Origin: Leptonemataceae bacterium
GTDB lineage: Bacteria; Spirochaetota; Leptospiria; Leptospirales; Leptonemataceae
Length of the DNA: 64,000 nt
Assembly (NCBI GenBank): GCA_965227295.1
Contig: OZ245742.1
Location: forward strand, 4,448,001 to 4,512,000
Reading direction: 5' to 3'
The notes under the pieces were generated by a model. That model saw only the letters and a list, made by a program, of their open reading frames with translations. It was not told the DNA's origin and did not search any database. The position numbers and the translations under genes are program-made. Positions 24,504 through 33,818 of this stretch are shown here, one piece after another (position 1 is the first letter of the stretch; each line of letters begins with the position of its first letter).

Positions 24504-27257
24504 TTATGTCGCCAGTTTTTCGGCTTCGCGCAGGCGGACCGAGAGGATCTTCGAAATCCCCGCCTCTTCCTGGGTGACACCGAAGATCGCGCCGCCTTTG
24601 GCCATGGTGAGCTTGTTGTGCGTGATGACCAGGAACTGCGTGCGCGGCGCGAAGCGTTCCAGCATGCGCAAGAAGCGACTCACGTTCGTGTCGTCCAGCG
24701 GTGCGTCGATCTCGTCGAGGAAACAGAACGGTGACGGCCGCACCAGATAGATGGCGAACATCAGCGCGATGGCGGTCATGCTCTGCTCGCCGCCGGACAG
24801 CAACGCAATGCTCGAGTTCTTTTTGCCGGGCGGTTGCACCATGATGTCCACCCCGCTGTTCATGGGGTCCTCCGGTTCCAGGAGCGACAGCGCCGCGGTG
24901 CCGCCGCCGAAGAGCGTCGTGAAGATTTCGGAGAAATTCACCTGGATGCGTTCGAAGGTGTCCCGGAACATGGCCTGGGACTGGTCGTCGATTTCTTTGA
25001 GGATGGCCAGGATGTCGCCCTTCGCGCTTTCGATATCCCCGCGCTGTTTTTCCAGCTCGTCGTGGGCCTCGGTGGCGCGTTCCAGTTCTTCGATGGCGAG
25101 GGCATTGAAGGCACCCAGGTCCTTGATCTCCTGCTGCACCCGGCGAAACTCACCGTCCTCGCGCTGACGATTGAGGTTGCGTTTCGTGGCCTCGGCCTTG
25201 AGTTCTCCCAGGGACATCTGGAAGTCGTTGTAGAGATCCTCTTCGATGCTGCTGATGGCCAGGCGGTACTGCTCGGCGTTGCGTTCCTGTTTGGAGATTT
25301 CCGGCAGGGTTTTTTCGAAGGTTTCCATTTCCCGTTTCGTTCGTTCGCGGAGCGACTGAACTTCGCTGCGGGATTTTTCGATGACCTTTTTGATTTTGTC
25401 GATGGCGGCGGACTGCTCGCGCGTGCGTTTTTGCGCGGCTTCGATTTCGCGCTTCACGTCGCGTTCCTCTTCGCCCAGGGCCGTGATGCGTTTCTCCAGA
25501 CCGCCGAATTCCTCGGTTAAGTACGTTACGCGCTCGCTGACCTCGGCAAGCTGGGACTCCAGGCTTTCACGGGCCTCAAGCGAGTTCTCTTTGCGTACCT
25601 CGGCGTCGCGGATTTGCAGTTCCAGTTCAACCTTGCGGTTCTTTTCTTTGTCGAGATCGCCGAGATGGATTTTGCGAACTTCCTGCAATCGGACAATGTC
25701 TTTCTGCAAAAACTCCCGCCGCCGGGCGAGTTCGTCCATTTCCTGGTCGAGCTGTTCCTTGCGGGCGAGTAAACCGCTGCGGTCGAAGAGCAGCGAGCGA
25801 AACTCCTGCTCAATGCTTTCGTAACGTCGAAAACTTTCTATGACGCCGTCGAGCCCCAGGGACTGGAGTTGCTGCAGGGCTTCCGGCGCTTTGTTTTCCG
25901 TAAGCAAGGCCTCGATCTCGCGGACTGTATCGGCACCGGCCTTGAGTTTGTCGACGATCTCGTCTTTGAGTCCGGCGCGGTACTCCTCGCGGCTTTCCAG
26001 CTCGCGCTTCTTGCGTTCGAGTTCCAGGATGAGGTCGTGGGTTACGGCCTTGAGTGCTTCGAGGAGCTCGGTTTGCCGCTCCTCACCGCTTAAGATTTCT
26101 TTCTGTGACGCTTCTTCCTGCTGGATCGTGGCGTCGATCTCGGTGCGCAATTGTTTGAGGCGGGCTTCGATGGCCGTGCCGGTTTCCTGCAGGCTTTCCA
26201 GGTCCGACTGCAGGTTCAGTTCGAGTTGCTTCGAACGTTCGTGTTTTTTACGCAGCTCCGCCTCGCGCTTGCGTTCTTCTTCCAGGCGGCCCTTCAACAT
26301 GCCCAGGCGTTTGCCGCGTTCCTGGCGCTCGGTATCCAGGCGTTCGAGACCGGTCTTCATGCTTTCGAGGCCGGAGAGATCCTGGTGAAAGGCGCGGTCC
26401 AGACGTTGCAGTTCTTCGAGCTGCGATTCGTTTTCGCCCTCGATCTCTTCGATGCGGCGTTCGCATTCGCGCTGACGTTCCAGGGCCTCGTCGCGTTTTT
26501 TCAACAACGCCGCGAGCTTCTCTTCGACCTTGCCGGACTTCTCTTCGAGGTCGATGTAGTTCAGGTATCTTAAGTTGCGATCGTGGACATCTAAGATTTC
26601 TTTGAGTTTGATGTAGCGCCGGGTTTTACGGGCCTGGCGCTCCAGGTTTTCCATCTCGTCCTTTTTGCCCTTGAGGATGTCCCCCAGGCGCAGGAGGTTC
26701 TGCTCGGTGTCATGCAGGCGGTCCAGGGTCTCTCTGCGCTCGGCCTTGAAACGCGAAACGCCGGCGGCCTCGTCGAGCAGGTTGCGGCGGTTCTCGGGAG
26801 AAGACTTCAGGATTTCCGAAATGCGGCCCTGCTCCATGATCGAATACGCGGACTTGCCGATGCCGGTATCCATGAAGACCCGCTCGATTTCCCGGCGGGT
26901 GGTGCGTTTGCCGTTGAGATAGTACTCGCTGCCCTGGGCGAGATAGATGCGCCGGCCGATGATGACCTCATCGGCGTCCAGCTTCAGCGTGCGGTCTTTG
27001 TTCTCGAAGTAGATTTCCACCTCGGCCATACCGCCCTGCTTGCGGTGCTCCGAGCCGAGGAAGATCACGTCCTCCATGCTTTTGCCGCGCAGGCCCTTGG
27101 CGGACTTTTCGCCGAGAACCCAGCGCACGGCGTCCAGGATGTTGGACTTGCCGCAGCCGTTCGGCCCCACGATGCACGTGATGCCTTCCTGCATGTCGAT
27201 GATCGTTTCGTCGGCGAACGACTTAAAGCCGACCATGCGTATCTTTTTGACTTTCAA
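24504..27257 (-). CDS. smc: chromosome segregation protein SMC (short form, ~917 aa)
   Basis: GFKSF, Walker A GPNGCGKS, signature LSGGEQ, Walker B FLDEIDAPLD, ITHN. TTG start re-picked at LKVKKI. Confidence 0.93.
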   Translation of the reverse strand: MKVKKIRMVGFKSFADETIIDMQEGITCIVGPNGCGKSNILDAVRWVLGEKSAKGLRGKSMEDVIFLGSEHRKQGGMAEVEIYFENKDRTLKLDADEVIIGRRIYLAQGSEYYLNGKRTTRREIERVFMDTGIGKSAYSIMEQGRISEILKSSPENRRNLLDEAAGVSRFKAERRETLDRLHDTEQNLLRLGDILKGKKDEMENLERQARKTRRYIKLKEILDVHDRNLRYLNYIDLEEKSGKVEEKLAALLKKRDEALERQRECERRIEEIEGENESQLEELQRLDRAFHQDLSGLESMKTGLERLDTERQERGKRLGMLKGRLEEERKREAELRKKHERSKQLELNLQSDLESLQETGTAIEARLKQLRTEIDATIQQEEASQKEILSGEERQTELLEALKAVTHDLILELERKKRELESREEYRAGLKDEIVDKLKAGADTVREIEALLTENKAPEALQQLQSLGLDGVIESFRRYESIEQEFRSLLFDRSGLLARKEQLDQEMDELARRREFLQKDIVRLQEVRKIHLGDLDKEKNRKVELELQIRDAEVRKENSLEARESLESQLAEVSERVTYLTEEFGGLEKRITALGEEERDVKREIEAAQKRTREQSAAIDKIKKVIEKSRSEVQSLRERTKREMETFEKTLPEISKQERNAEQYRLAISSIEEDLYNDFQMSLGELKAEATKRNLNRQREDGEFRRVQQEIKDLGAFNALAIEELERATEAHDELEKQRGDIESAKGDILAILKEIDDQSQAMFRDTFERIQVNFSEIFTTLFGGGTAALSLLEPEDPMNSGVDIMVQPPGKKNSSIALLSGGEQSMTAIALMFAIYLVRPSPFCFLDEIDAPLDDTNVSRFLRMLERFAPRTQFLVITHNKLTMAKGGAIFGVTQEEAGISKILSVRLREAEKLAT

Positions 27258-27463
27258 TGCCCTATCCCTGTGTATATGCCGTATGGGTGGCGGATGTATG
27301 TTTGATTTGACGCCGCTTTCGATGTCTCGCGAGATGTCCCGCGCTTTGCGGATTATGTCGCGTAAGCCCTGTTCCGAGATTATGTCCCGACGCACGCCGG
27401 TCAGCCGTTTTTTGGAATCGGAGCCGCGGAAAGAATTCACGGCTTTTCCACGGACACAGAACC

Positions 27464-27686
27464 TCTTCGCGTCAGCGATTGGAGGGGTTGCGAAGCAATT
27501 CCGGAGCGCGCAGCGCGGAGGAACGGAGGCGAAGCCGGAGCCCCGGAAAGCGCGGTCCCGGCCGCCTGGGCCTGGCGGCCGGGAGACGCCCAAAGGAAAG
27601 TAAATTCGCACCTCGCCGCTACGCGGTGACTCGCGCTACGCGGTGACTCGCGCTACGCGCGACCCTTCCAATCCCTGGCGCGAAGA
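27464..27686. repeat. REP-like palindromic element, family B (full copy 27464-27594 plus inverted partial copy with 17-bp tandem repeat)
   Basis: Shares an identical 31-nt core GCAATTCCGGAGCGCGCAGCGCGGAGGAACG with 51843-51873. Ends TCTTCGCG and CGCGAAGA are inverted. Tandem CGCTACGCGGTGACTCG at 27617-27659. Confidence 0.85.
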
Positions 27687-27700
27687 ACCGACTATTTCAC

Positions 27701-29545
27701 ATGACGGACCTCCTACAACGCAAACCGTACCTCGGGCGCCTCTTTCAAGACGGCGACGCCGGCCCCTTTTCCCTCGCCGTTGCGAAGAACGATGCTCCGG
27801 TCGTTCTGCATCGTGGTGGGGACCGCGAGCAGGCCCTGGCGTCGCGCCACGATCCTGGGCGGGAGATCGAGCGCCTCGTCGACACAGCACGCCTGGATAC
27901 ACTACGCGATTCGGAGATCGTGCTGATCCTGGGCCTCGGCAATCCGCTCGTCCTCGACGCGGTCAGCGCTCGCCTGGCGGACGGGCAGATCTGTCTGGCC
28001 GTGGACGCCTCGTTCGAACTCGGTCGACTGCTCTGCCGCAAACTTCCGCTCGTACAATCTTACCTGGAGCGGCCCGGCTGCCATCTGTTCCCCGGCAAGG
28101 ACTATCTGGTATCGCTGCAACACTATATCGAAGGGCTGCCCGCCGAACGACTGTCGGGCCTGCGCGTGCTCCGCCATCCGGCCTCACTGCGCCTGGCTCC
28201 GGATTTTTACGAGGGCGTCGAGGCCGACATCCGCGAAATTCTCAAGAGCAAGATGTCGGATCTCCTCACGCGCTTCGAGTTCGAGCGCACCTGGCTCAAG
28301 AACATTGTCATCAACTCCCGTCGGCTCCCGCCCCTTTCCGGAGATGATGCAGGAACTCTTACAAACGAGGAAGACCCTGCCCGCGCCACCGTGGGGCCGT
28401 TCCAGAATGCCCTGGCGAATCTGCCCGGCGTGTTGATTGCGGCCGGGCCGTCGCTGCGGGACAGCTTTGAACGCATCGCCCGGTTAAAGGAGCGGGCCTT
28501 CCTGCTCGCCTGCGATACGGCACTGAAACCGCTCATTCGCGCCGGCATCGTACCCCACGCCGTGTTGACCCTGGACGCCCAGCAACATACTCTCTTTCAC
28601 TTTCTCGGCGCCGACGGTCTCGCCGCGGCCCCCGGCGAGATTCTGTTCTTTGCCGATCTGGTCTGTCATCCGGCGGTGCTGCGGCGCGTCGAGGAGCACG
28701 CCCGCGCTATGATCTTTTCCACCACGGCCCGGGTGCAGCACCGCGCCGACGGTTCGCAGGTGCGTGAGGCGACTCCCGGTACCGAACACGCCGAAGAGAT
28801 CCACGGCCAGGTAGGTTCGGTGCAATCCGGTGGCTCGGTGGCGACGACGGGCTTCGACCTGCTGCGCAATCTCGGCTGCGATCCGATCTTGCTCATCGGC
28901 CAGGACCTGGCCTATACCGGACGGCGCATCCATTCGCCGGGCACGCATCATCAGGAACGCTGGCTTGCGGCGCTGCAACGCGATCGTTCCCTCCCGCACA
29001 TCATTGAAAGCGTGGTGCGCAAACGGCGCACGTTTCCCGTGGACGGTCTCGACGGCAGCGCGGTGCTCGGCGACTACGTGTTGAATCTGTACCGCGCCTG
29101 GTTCGAGCAATCCATCCCGGATGTTAACATTCGCGTGGTAAATCTTACGCGCGAGGGCGCGCGCATCGCCGGCGCCGATCGCCCGGCGGACATCGACGCC
29201 TTCATCGACGCCTTGCCCCCGCTCGCCGACCCGCGCGATCGTTTCGCCGGCGCGCCCCGGCCCCACGTGTTCGACCACGCCCTGAACCGGGAGTTGTACC
29301 GCGACCTGAACGCCGCCGTCCGCGCCGGGGATGCTGACGCACGCCGGGCCTTGTTCGAAAAGTACGAGTATCTGCGTCCGTTGAATCGCCGCGCCGAGGT
29401 CTACTTAAAGCGCAATCGCGAGAAGTTAGGCGAGGAGCGCGCACGAGAGCTCGCCGAGAACAACGTTCGCGACGCGCTGGAAAGTCTGGAACGCTCGCTC
29501 CGGCCGTTCTTCGCGGAATCCGCCCCCGCTCCGCCCCGCGAGTAG
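27701..29545 (+). CDS. motility-associated factor (Maf/DUF115) glycosyltransferase family protein
   Basis: IAAGPSL, LACDTALKPL, GGSVAT, GCDPILLIGQDLAY, NLTREGARI. Confidence 0.88.
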   Translation: MTDLLQRKPYLGRLFQDGDAGPFSLAVAKNDAPVVLHRGGDREQALASRHDPGREIERLVDTARLDTLRDSEIVLILGLGNPLVLDAVSARLADGQICLAVDASFELGRLLCRKLPLVQSYLERPGCHLFPGKDYLVSLQHYIEGLPAERLSGLRVLRHPASLRLAPDFYEGVEADIREILKSKMSDLLTRFEFERTWLKNIVINSRRLPPLSGDDAGTLTNEEDPARATVGPFQNALANLPGVLIAAGPSLRDSFERIARLKERAFLLACDTALKPLIRAGIVPHAVLTLDAQQHTLFHFLGADGLAAAPGEILFFADLVCHPAVLRRVEEHARAMIFSTTARVQHRADGSQVREATPGTEHAEEIHGQVGSVQSGGSVATTGFDLLRNLGCDPILLIGQDLAYTGRRIHSPGTHHQERWLAALQRDRSLPHIIESVVRKRRTFPVDGLDGSAVLGDYVLNLYRAWFEQSIPDVNIRVVNLTREGARIAGADRPADIDAFIDALPPLADPRDRFAGAPRPHVFDHALNRELYRDLNAAVRAGDADARRALFEKYEYLRPLNRRAEVYLKRNREKLGEERARELAENNVRDALESLERSLRPFFAESAPAPPRE

Positions 29546-29653
29546 AGCGGGGGTGTATAGCGAGCACCCCGAAGGTTTTCGGTAGCTCAAGAACTGCAGT
29601 TCGTCGCGTCGGCCGTGAAAAACCGAAAGTAAGTCGCGAAACGCGCAGGGGAT

Positions 29654-29910
29654 ATTTTGGCTACGGTCCGCAGGAGTTGTGGATTTTCGTTTTGTAAGCC
29701 GCGAACCCGCACCCGCTCCGCCCCGCGGATAGAGCGGGGCTCCGGGGTGCGGGTTCGCTGGATGGATCTCTACGATGAAGACGCCGGTCCGGTGCGCCTT
29801 ACCATACTCCCCGACACAACCTCCGTTCATCTGCTGGAACCAGCTGTACCCATAAAAGCCTTAACATACACTGGCCGCAACTTACCCCACGATTCGGGAC
29901 GTGTGCGAAT
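29654..29910 (+). ncRNA. candidate structured non-coding element, copy 2
   Basis: Five collinear blocks shared with the reverse complement of 13427-13654; contains an extra 58-nt hairpin at 29701-29758. Confidence 0.45.
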
Positions 29911-29963
29911 ACCATAAACGTTTCCGGTAGTTCAAGAGCCGAGGTTCGTTGCGTCGGTCGTGT

Positions 29964-31556
29964 TTAGTCCATCCCGAGGAGCGAGCGCAGTTCTTTGGTG
30001 CGGTGATCGTGGGGACGCAGTTGTTCCAGCTCGCGGAAGGCCTCGCGGGCTTCGTCCATGCGATCCTCGTCGTGATAGATGCGCGCCGCGAGATACAGGG
30101 CGCCGGGGTTTTCGGGGCGCAGACTCAACGAACGTTTGAAGTGTTCCACGGCCAGGCCGGGGTTGCCCAGACGCCAGGCGCACTCCGACAGGATCGTATA
30201 CGAATCCGCGTTGTAGGGTTTCAGGGCGTTGTACTGGTGTAGATAGTCGATCGCCGTAGTGAAAAGTTCCGCCTGGAAGTGATACTTGCCGAGCAGAAAG
30301 AGCGTTTGCGTGTGTCGGGGAAAGATGGCCGCGGCTTCCTTTAAGATTTCGCAGGCGGCGATCAGGTCGCCCTCGTTGTGCCGACGACGGGCCGTGCGCA
30401 CAAGTTCGTTGAACTCCGCTTCCCGCTCCGAAAGCATGATCGTAATCAGCGTCAGATCGTCGGCGGCGTCGCGGCCCAGCGTAAACTTTTCGTAAAACTC
30501 CATGACGTGTTCGCAGGCAGCCTGCACGTCCATGCCGCGACTGCCTTTGATGACTTCGACGAGTTCTTCTTCGGATAGAAACTCGTCACGATCGTTGCGG
30601 GCCTCGGTGAGGCCGTCCGTGAAAACAAAGAGTTTGTCCCCGGGTTCGAGCTGCGTCTCATGATCTTCAAAGTGTTTGCCGGCGTCCGGAAACATGCCGA
30701 GCAGCGTGCCGCCGCCGGCAAGTTTCTCCACCTCGTGCGTGCGCGCCCGGTACAACAACGGCGCCGGGGCCGCCCCGTTGCTGTAGACCACCTGATTGTT
30801 CGCGTCGATGATCATGTAAAAGCCGGTGAGGTAGCCCTCTTTCTTTACGTAATGCAACAGGTCCAGGTTGACCTTCGTGAAGACTTCTTTCGGTGAATCG
30901 AGCAAATGTGCGTTGAATGAAAGTTTAGCGATGGCCGAGATCAGCGCCGCGGGAACGCCGTGGCCGGAGACGTCGCAGACCAGAAACCCCAGCTTGAGGC
31001 TGCCCAGCGTGAAGTAGTCGTAAAAATCGCCGGAGACCTCGGCCATGGGATAGAACTTCACCCAGAACCGCAGGCCCTTCCAGTCCGGAATGCGCCGGGG
31101 CACGAAACCCTTCTGGATGTTCCGGGCCATCTCCAGTTCCCGGCGGTTCATGCGGATCTGCCGCTCCAGTTCGTCGTTGGCCAGGTTGAGATAATCGACG
31201 GCGGTCAACAGATCGCGCTTTTCCTGGAGCAGGCCGGCCGAGCGTTGCAGGATTTCCTCCGTGCGCGCCTCCGGCCCGGAGTGCCCCGCCCCGCCGCTGA
31301 ACTCGCCGTCGGCAAAACTGCGTTCCAGAAAGCGCAGCATGAGATCGGCGGCGTCCAGTTCGTCGCAGAGCGCCCGTACGATGTCCCGCTCGGCCTCGAC
31401 GGTAACGCTGGTGAGTTCTTTAAGATTCAGGCAGACAGCCTTAAGGTCTTCCGGAAGTTTTTCAATGACCGCCGAAACGGCCAGACGGCCGAAACGTTCG
31501 CCCGCCGCATCCAGGACGGCCAGCAGGCGACGGGAAGGAATCTCGGGCACAGACAT
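29964..31556 (-). CDS. SpoIIE/RsbU-type PP2C phosphatase with C-terminal TPRs
   Basis: VSGDFYD, CDVSGHGVPAAL, FTDGLTEA, DDLT; TPR-like tail. Confidence 0.92.
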   Translation of the reverse strand: MSVPEIPSRRLLAVLDAAGERFGRLAVSAVIEKLPEDLKAVCLNLKELTSVTVEAERDIVRALCDELDAADLMLRFLERSFADGEFSGGAGHSGPEARTEEILQRSAGLLQEKRDLLTAVDYLNLANDELERQIRMNRRELEMARNIQKGFVPRRIPDWKGLRFWVKFYPMAEVSGDFYDYFTLGSLKLGFLVCDVSGHGVPAALISAIAKLSFNAHLLDSPKEVFTKVNLDLLHYVKKEGYLTGFYMIIDANNQVVYSNGAAPAPLLYRARTHEVEKLAGGGTLLGMFPDAGKHFEDHETQLEPGDKLFVFTDGLTEARNDRDEFLSEEELVEVIKGSRGMDVQAACEHVMEFYEKFTLGRDAADDLTLITIMLSEREAEFNELVRTARRRHNEGDLIAACEILKEAAAIFPRHTQTLFLLGKYHFQAELFTTAIDYLHQYNALKPYNADSYTILSECAWRLGNPGLAVEHFKRSLSLRPENPGALYLAARIYHDEDRMDEAREAFRELEQLRPHDHRTKELRSLLGMD

Positions 31557-31621
31557 GGACGACCGTAACTTAAGATCCGCCGGTGATCCGGCAATATCTT
31601 TCTAACGGAAATACGAAACAC

Positions 31622-33046
31622 TTACAGCGGAAAACGCTCTCCCGATTCCGGAATGTACACCTGCGCCGCGAGCCCGCGTTCGGCGTAGGCCTCGCGCAGG
31701 GCGTGCATGGCATCCGACTCGCCGTGGACCAGGAAGATCCGCTTCAGTGCATGGCGGCCGGCCAGGCCCGCGGCGAATTCCAGAAGATCGTTTCGATCGG
31801 CGTGAGCACTGAAGCCCTCGAGCGAACGCACCCGGGCATTGACCATGATCTGCTCACCGAAGATGCGGACCTTGCGCTCCCCGTCCCGCAACCGGCGCCC
31901 CAGGGTATACGGGGCCTGGAAACCCACGAGCAGGACCGAGTTCCGCACGTCCCCCAGGCCGTGAAAAAGATGATGGCGGATGCGACCGTTTTCACACATG
32001 CCCGAACCGGCAATGATCACGGCGGATTCCTCCAGCTCCATGATCTCCTTCGACTCACGTGCCGTATGTACTTTCGAAAGACGTTCTGTAAAAAACGGCA
32101 TCTCGCGCTTCGCGATCATGGCGGAAAGTTCGGTATCAAAACATTCCGGATGCAGGCGAAAGACCTCGGTCACGGCAATGGCCAACGGCGAATCCAGGTA
32201 GACCGGCAGGATCGGAATGCGCTTCTCCCGTTCCAGAACGTGCAGCGACAGTAAGATCTCCTGAGCGCGTTCTAACGAAAACGACGGAATGAACAGCTTG
32301 CCGCCGCCGTCCACCACCCGGCGAATCTCTTCGGCCAGGTGACTGTCCATGGCGGAGCGCGCCTCGTGCAGACGATCGCCGTAGGTGGACTCGGTGATGA
32401 GAAAGTCCACGCCGTCGACGAACTCCGGATCGTGTAAGATGGGCATGTCCCGACGGCCCAGGTCCCCGGTGAACAAAAGACGTTTGGTGGAACCGTCGCT
32501 CTGTTTTTCCTCGATGATTACCGTGGCCGAGCCCAGAATGTGACCGGCGTCGAAGAACGTAAAGGTGACGTCGGCATTCAGCGGAAAGCGCCGGCGATAC
32601 GGCACACTCACGAAATGGTCCAGACTGCGCACGGCATCCGCCACGGTATAGAGCGGCGCGTGTTCCTCGGGGGGCGGCCGACCTTCTTCTCGAGCCGCCT
32701 TCGCCGCGCGTTTATTCAGAAACTTCGCGTCCTGTTCCTGGATGTAGGCCGAGTCACGCAGCATTACACTGGCGAGATCCCTGGTGGCGGGGGTGGCGTA
32801 GACGTTGCCGGCAAAACCGGACTTGATCAAATTCGGAATATTGCCCGAGTGGTCGATGTGAGCGTGGCTTAAGATCAGACAATCCGCAGTTACGGCGAAG
32901 TCCGGCAGATCGCTATTGCGCCGGAAAGACTCCGCCCGTTTGCCCTGAAACAATCCGCAGTCCAGCAGGATCGTGAGGCCGCCCGCGCGTACGCAGTGCA
33001 ACGATCCGGTCACGGTTCCCGTGGCCCCGTAAAATTCCAGTTCCAT
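31622..33046 (-). CDS. MBL-fold beta-CASP ribonuclease
   Basis: LSHAHIDHSG, AGHILGS, FTGDLG, ESTYGDRLH, FSAHAD, LVHGE. Start re-picked at MELEFYG. Confidence 0.93.
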   Translation of the reverse strand: MELEFYGATGTVTGSLHCVRAGGLTILLDCGLFQGKRAESFRRNSDLPDFAVTADCLILSHAHIDHSGNIPNLIKSGFAGNVYATPATRDLASVMLRDSAYIQEQDAKFLNKRAAKAAREEGRPPPEEHAPLYTVADAVRSLDHFVSVPYRRRFPLNADVTFTFFDAGHILGSATVIIEEKQSDGSTKRLLFTGDLGRRDMPILHDPEFVDGVDFLITESTYGDRLHEARSAMDSHLAEEIRRVVDGGGKLFIPSFSLERAQEILLSLHVLEREKRIPILPVYLDSPLAIAVTEVFRLHPECFDTELSAMIAKREMPFFTERLSKVHTARESKEIMELEESAVIIAGSGMCENGRIRHHLFHGLGDVRNSVLLVGFQAPYTLGRRLRDGERKVRIFGEQIMVNARVRSLEGFSAHADRNDLLEFAAGLAGRHALKRIFLVHGESDAMHALREAYAERGLAAQVYIPESGERFPL

Positions 33047-33056
33047 CAAATCATCC

Positions 33057-33818
33057 TCACAAAAAAACACTCATCGCCAGTCCCAGGCCGAGCGCAATCA
33101 GCAGCACGAAGACCAGCCGGCGAAAGCGATCCGCCGGAATACGATCGTGCAGGAAACTCCCGAACCACAGGCCGAGAACCACCGCCGGCGAACACAGCGC
33201 TGCATAGCCGAGGACCACCGGCGTCCATAGTCCGCTCAGGGCGTGACCGATCAAGATCATTAAGCCCGTCGGCAGAAAGTACCCCTGCAGCGTCGCGCGA
33301 AACACCGACGGCGTCCAGTTGCGCAGGACACCGAACACAACGATGGGCGGGCCGCTGGTATTGTAGGCGCCGCCCAGGACTCCGGAGAGCCATCCGAACA
33401 GGTACGCGAAACGCTCGGATTGTACGACCGGCGCCTGGTTCGTTGCGGGCGTACGGAAACGCAGCAGTTGAAAGACGGCAAAGAAAATCAAAAACAACGC
33501 GAGGCCCAGTTTGACCGGGCCGGAGTCCACGTACGTCAGCACGAAGAGGCCCACGGGAATGCCGCAGGCCGAAGCCAGGATCAACCGGCCGGCGTCGGCA
33601 AAGTGCACCTCACGATAGCCGCGCAGAAAGATGTAAACCGAAACCAATACGCCCAGGATCGCAAAGAACGGCACGGCCACGCTGAGCTCCGTCAACAGGG
33701 CCAGCAGCGGCATAGCAATGACGGCGTCACCGAATCCGAAGACGGCGCGGATCGTCATGGCGAAGAAAACCACGCCGAAAATCGCCAGGGCGACGGCGTC
33801 CAGGTCCGGCCCCGGCAT
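33057..33818 (-). CDS. TauE/SafE (TSUP) family exporter
   Basis: GFGDAVIAMP, SGVLGGAYNTSGPP, multi-TM. ATG overlaps the upstream stop (TAATG). Confidence 0.88.
   Translation of the reverse strand: MPGPDLDAVALAIFGVVFFAMTIRAVFGFGDAVIAMPLLALLTELSVAVPFFAILGVLVSVYIFLRGYREVHFADAGRLILASACGIPVGLFVLTYVDSGPVKLGLALFLIFFAVFQLLRFRTPATNQAPVVQSERFAYLFGWLSGVLGGAYNTSGPPIVVFGVLRNWTPSVFRATLQGYFLPTGLMILIGHALSGLWTPVVLGYAALCSPAVVLGLWFGSFLHDRIPADRFRRLVFVLLIALGLGLAMSVFL

Noticed and set aside
27258..27611. N-terminal extension of SMC in the ORF track
   Set aside because: It runs through a repeat element and the promoter region; SMC homology starts at LKVKKI.
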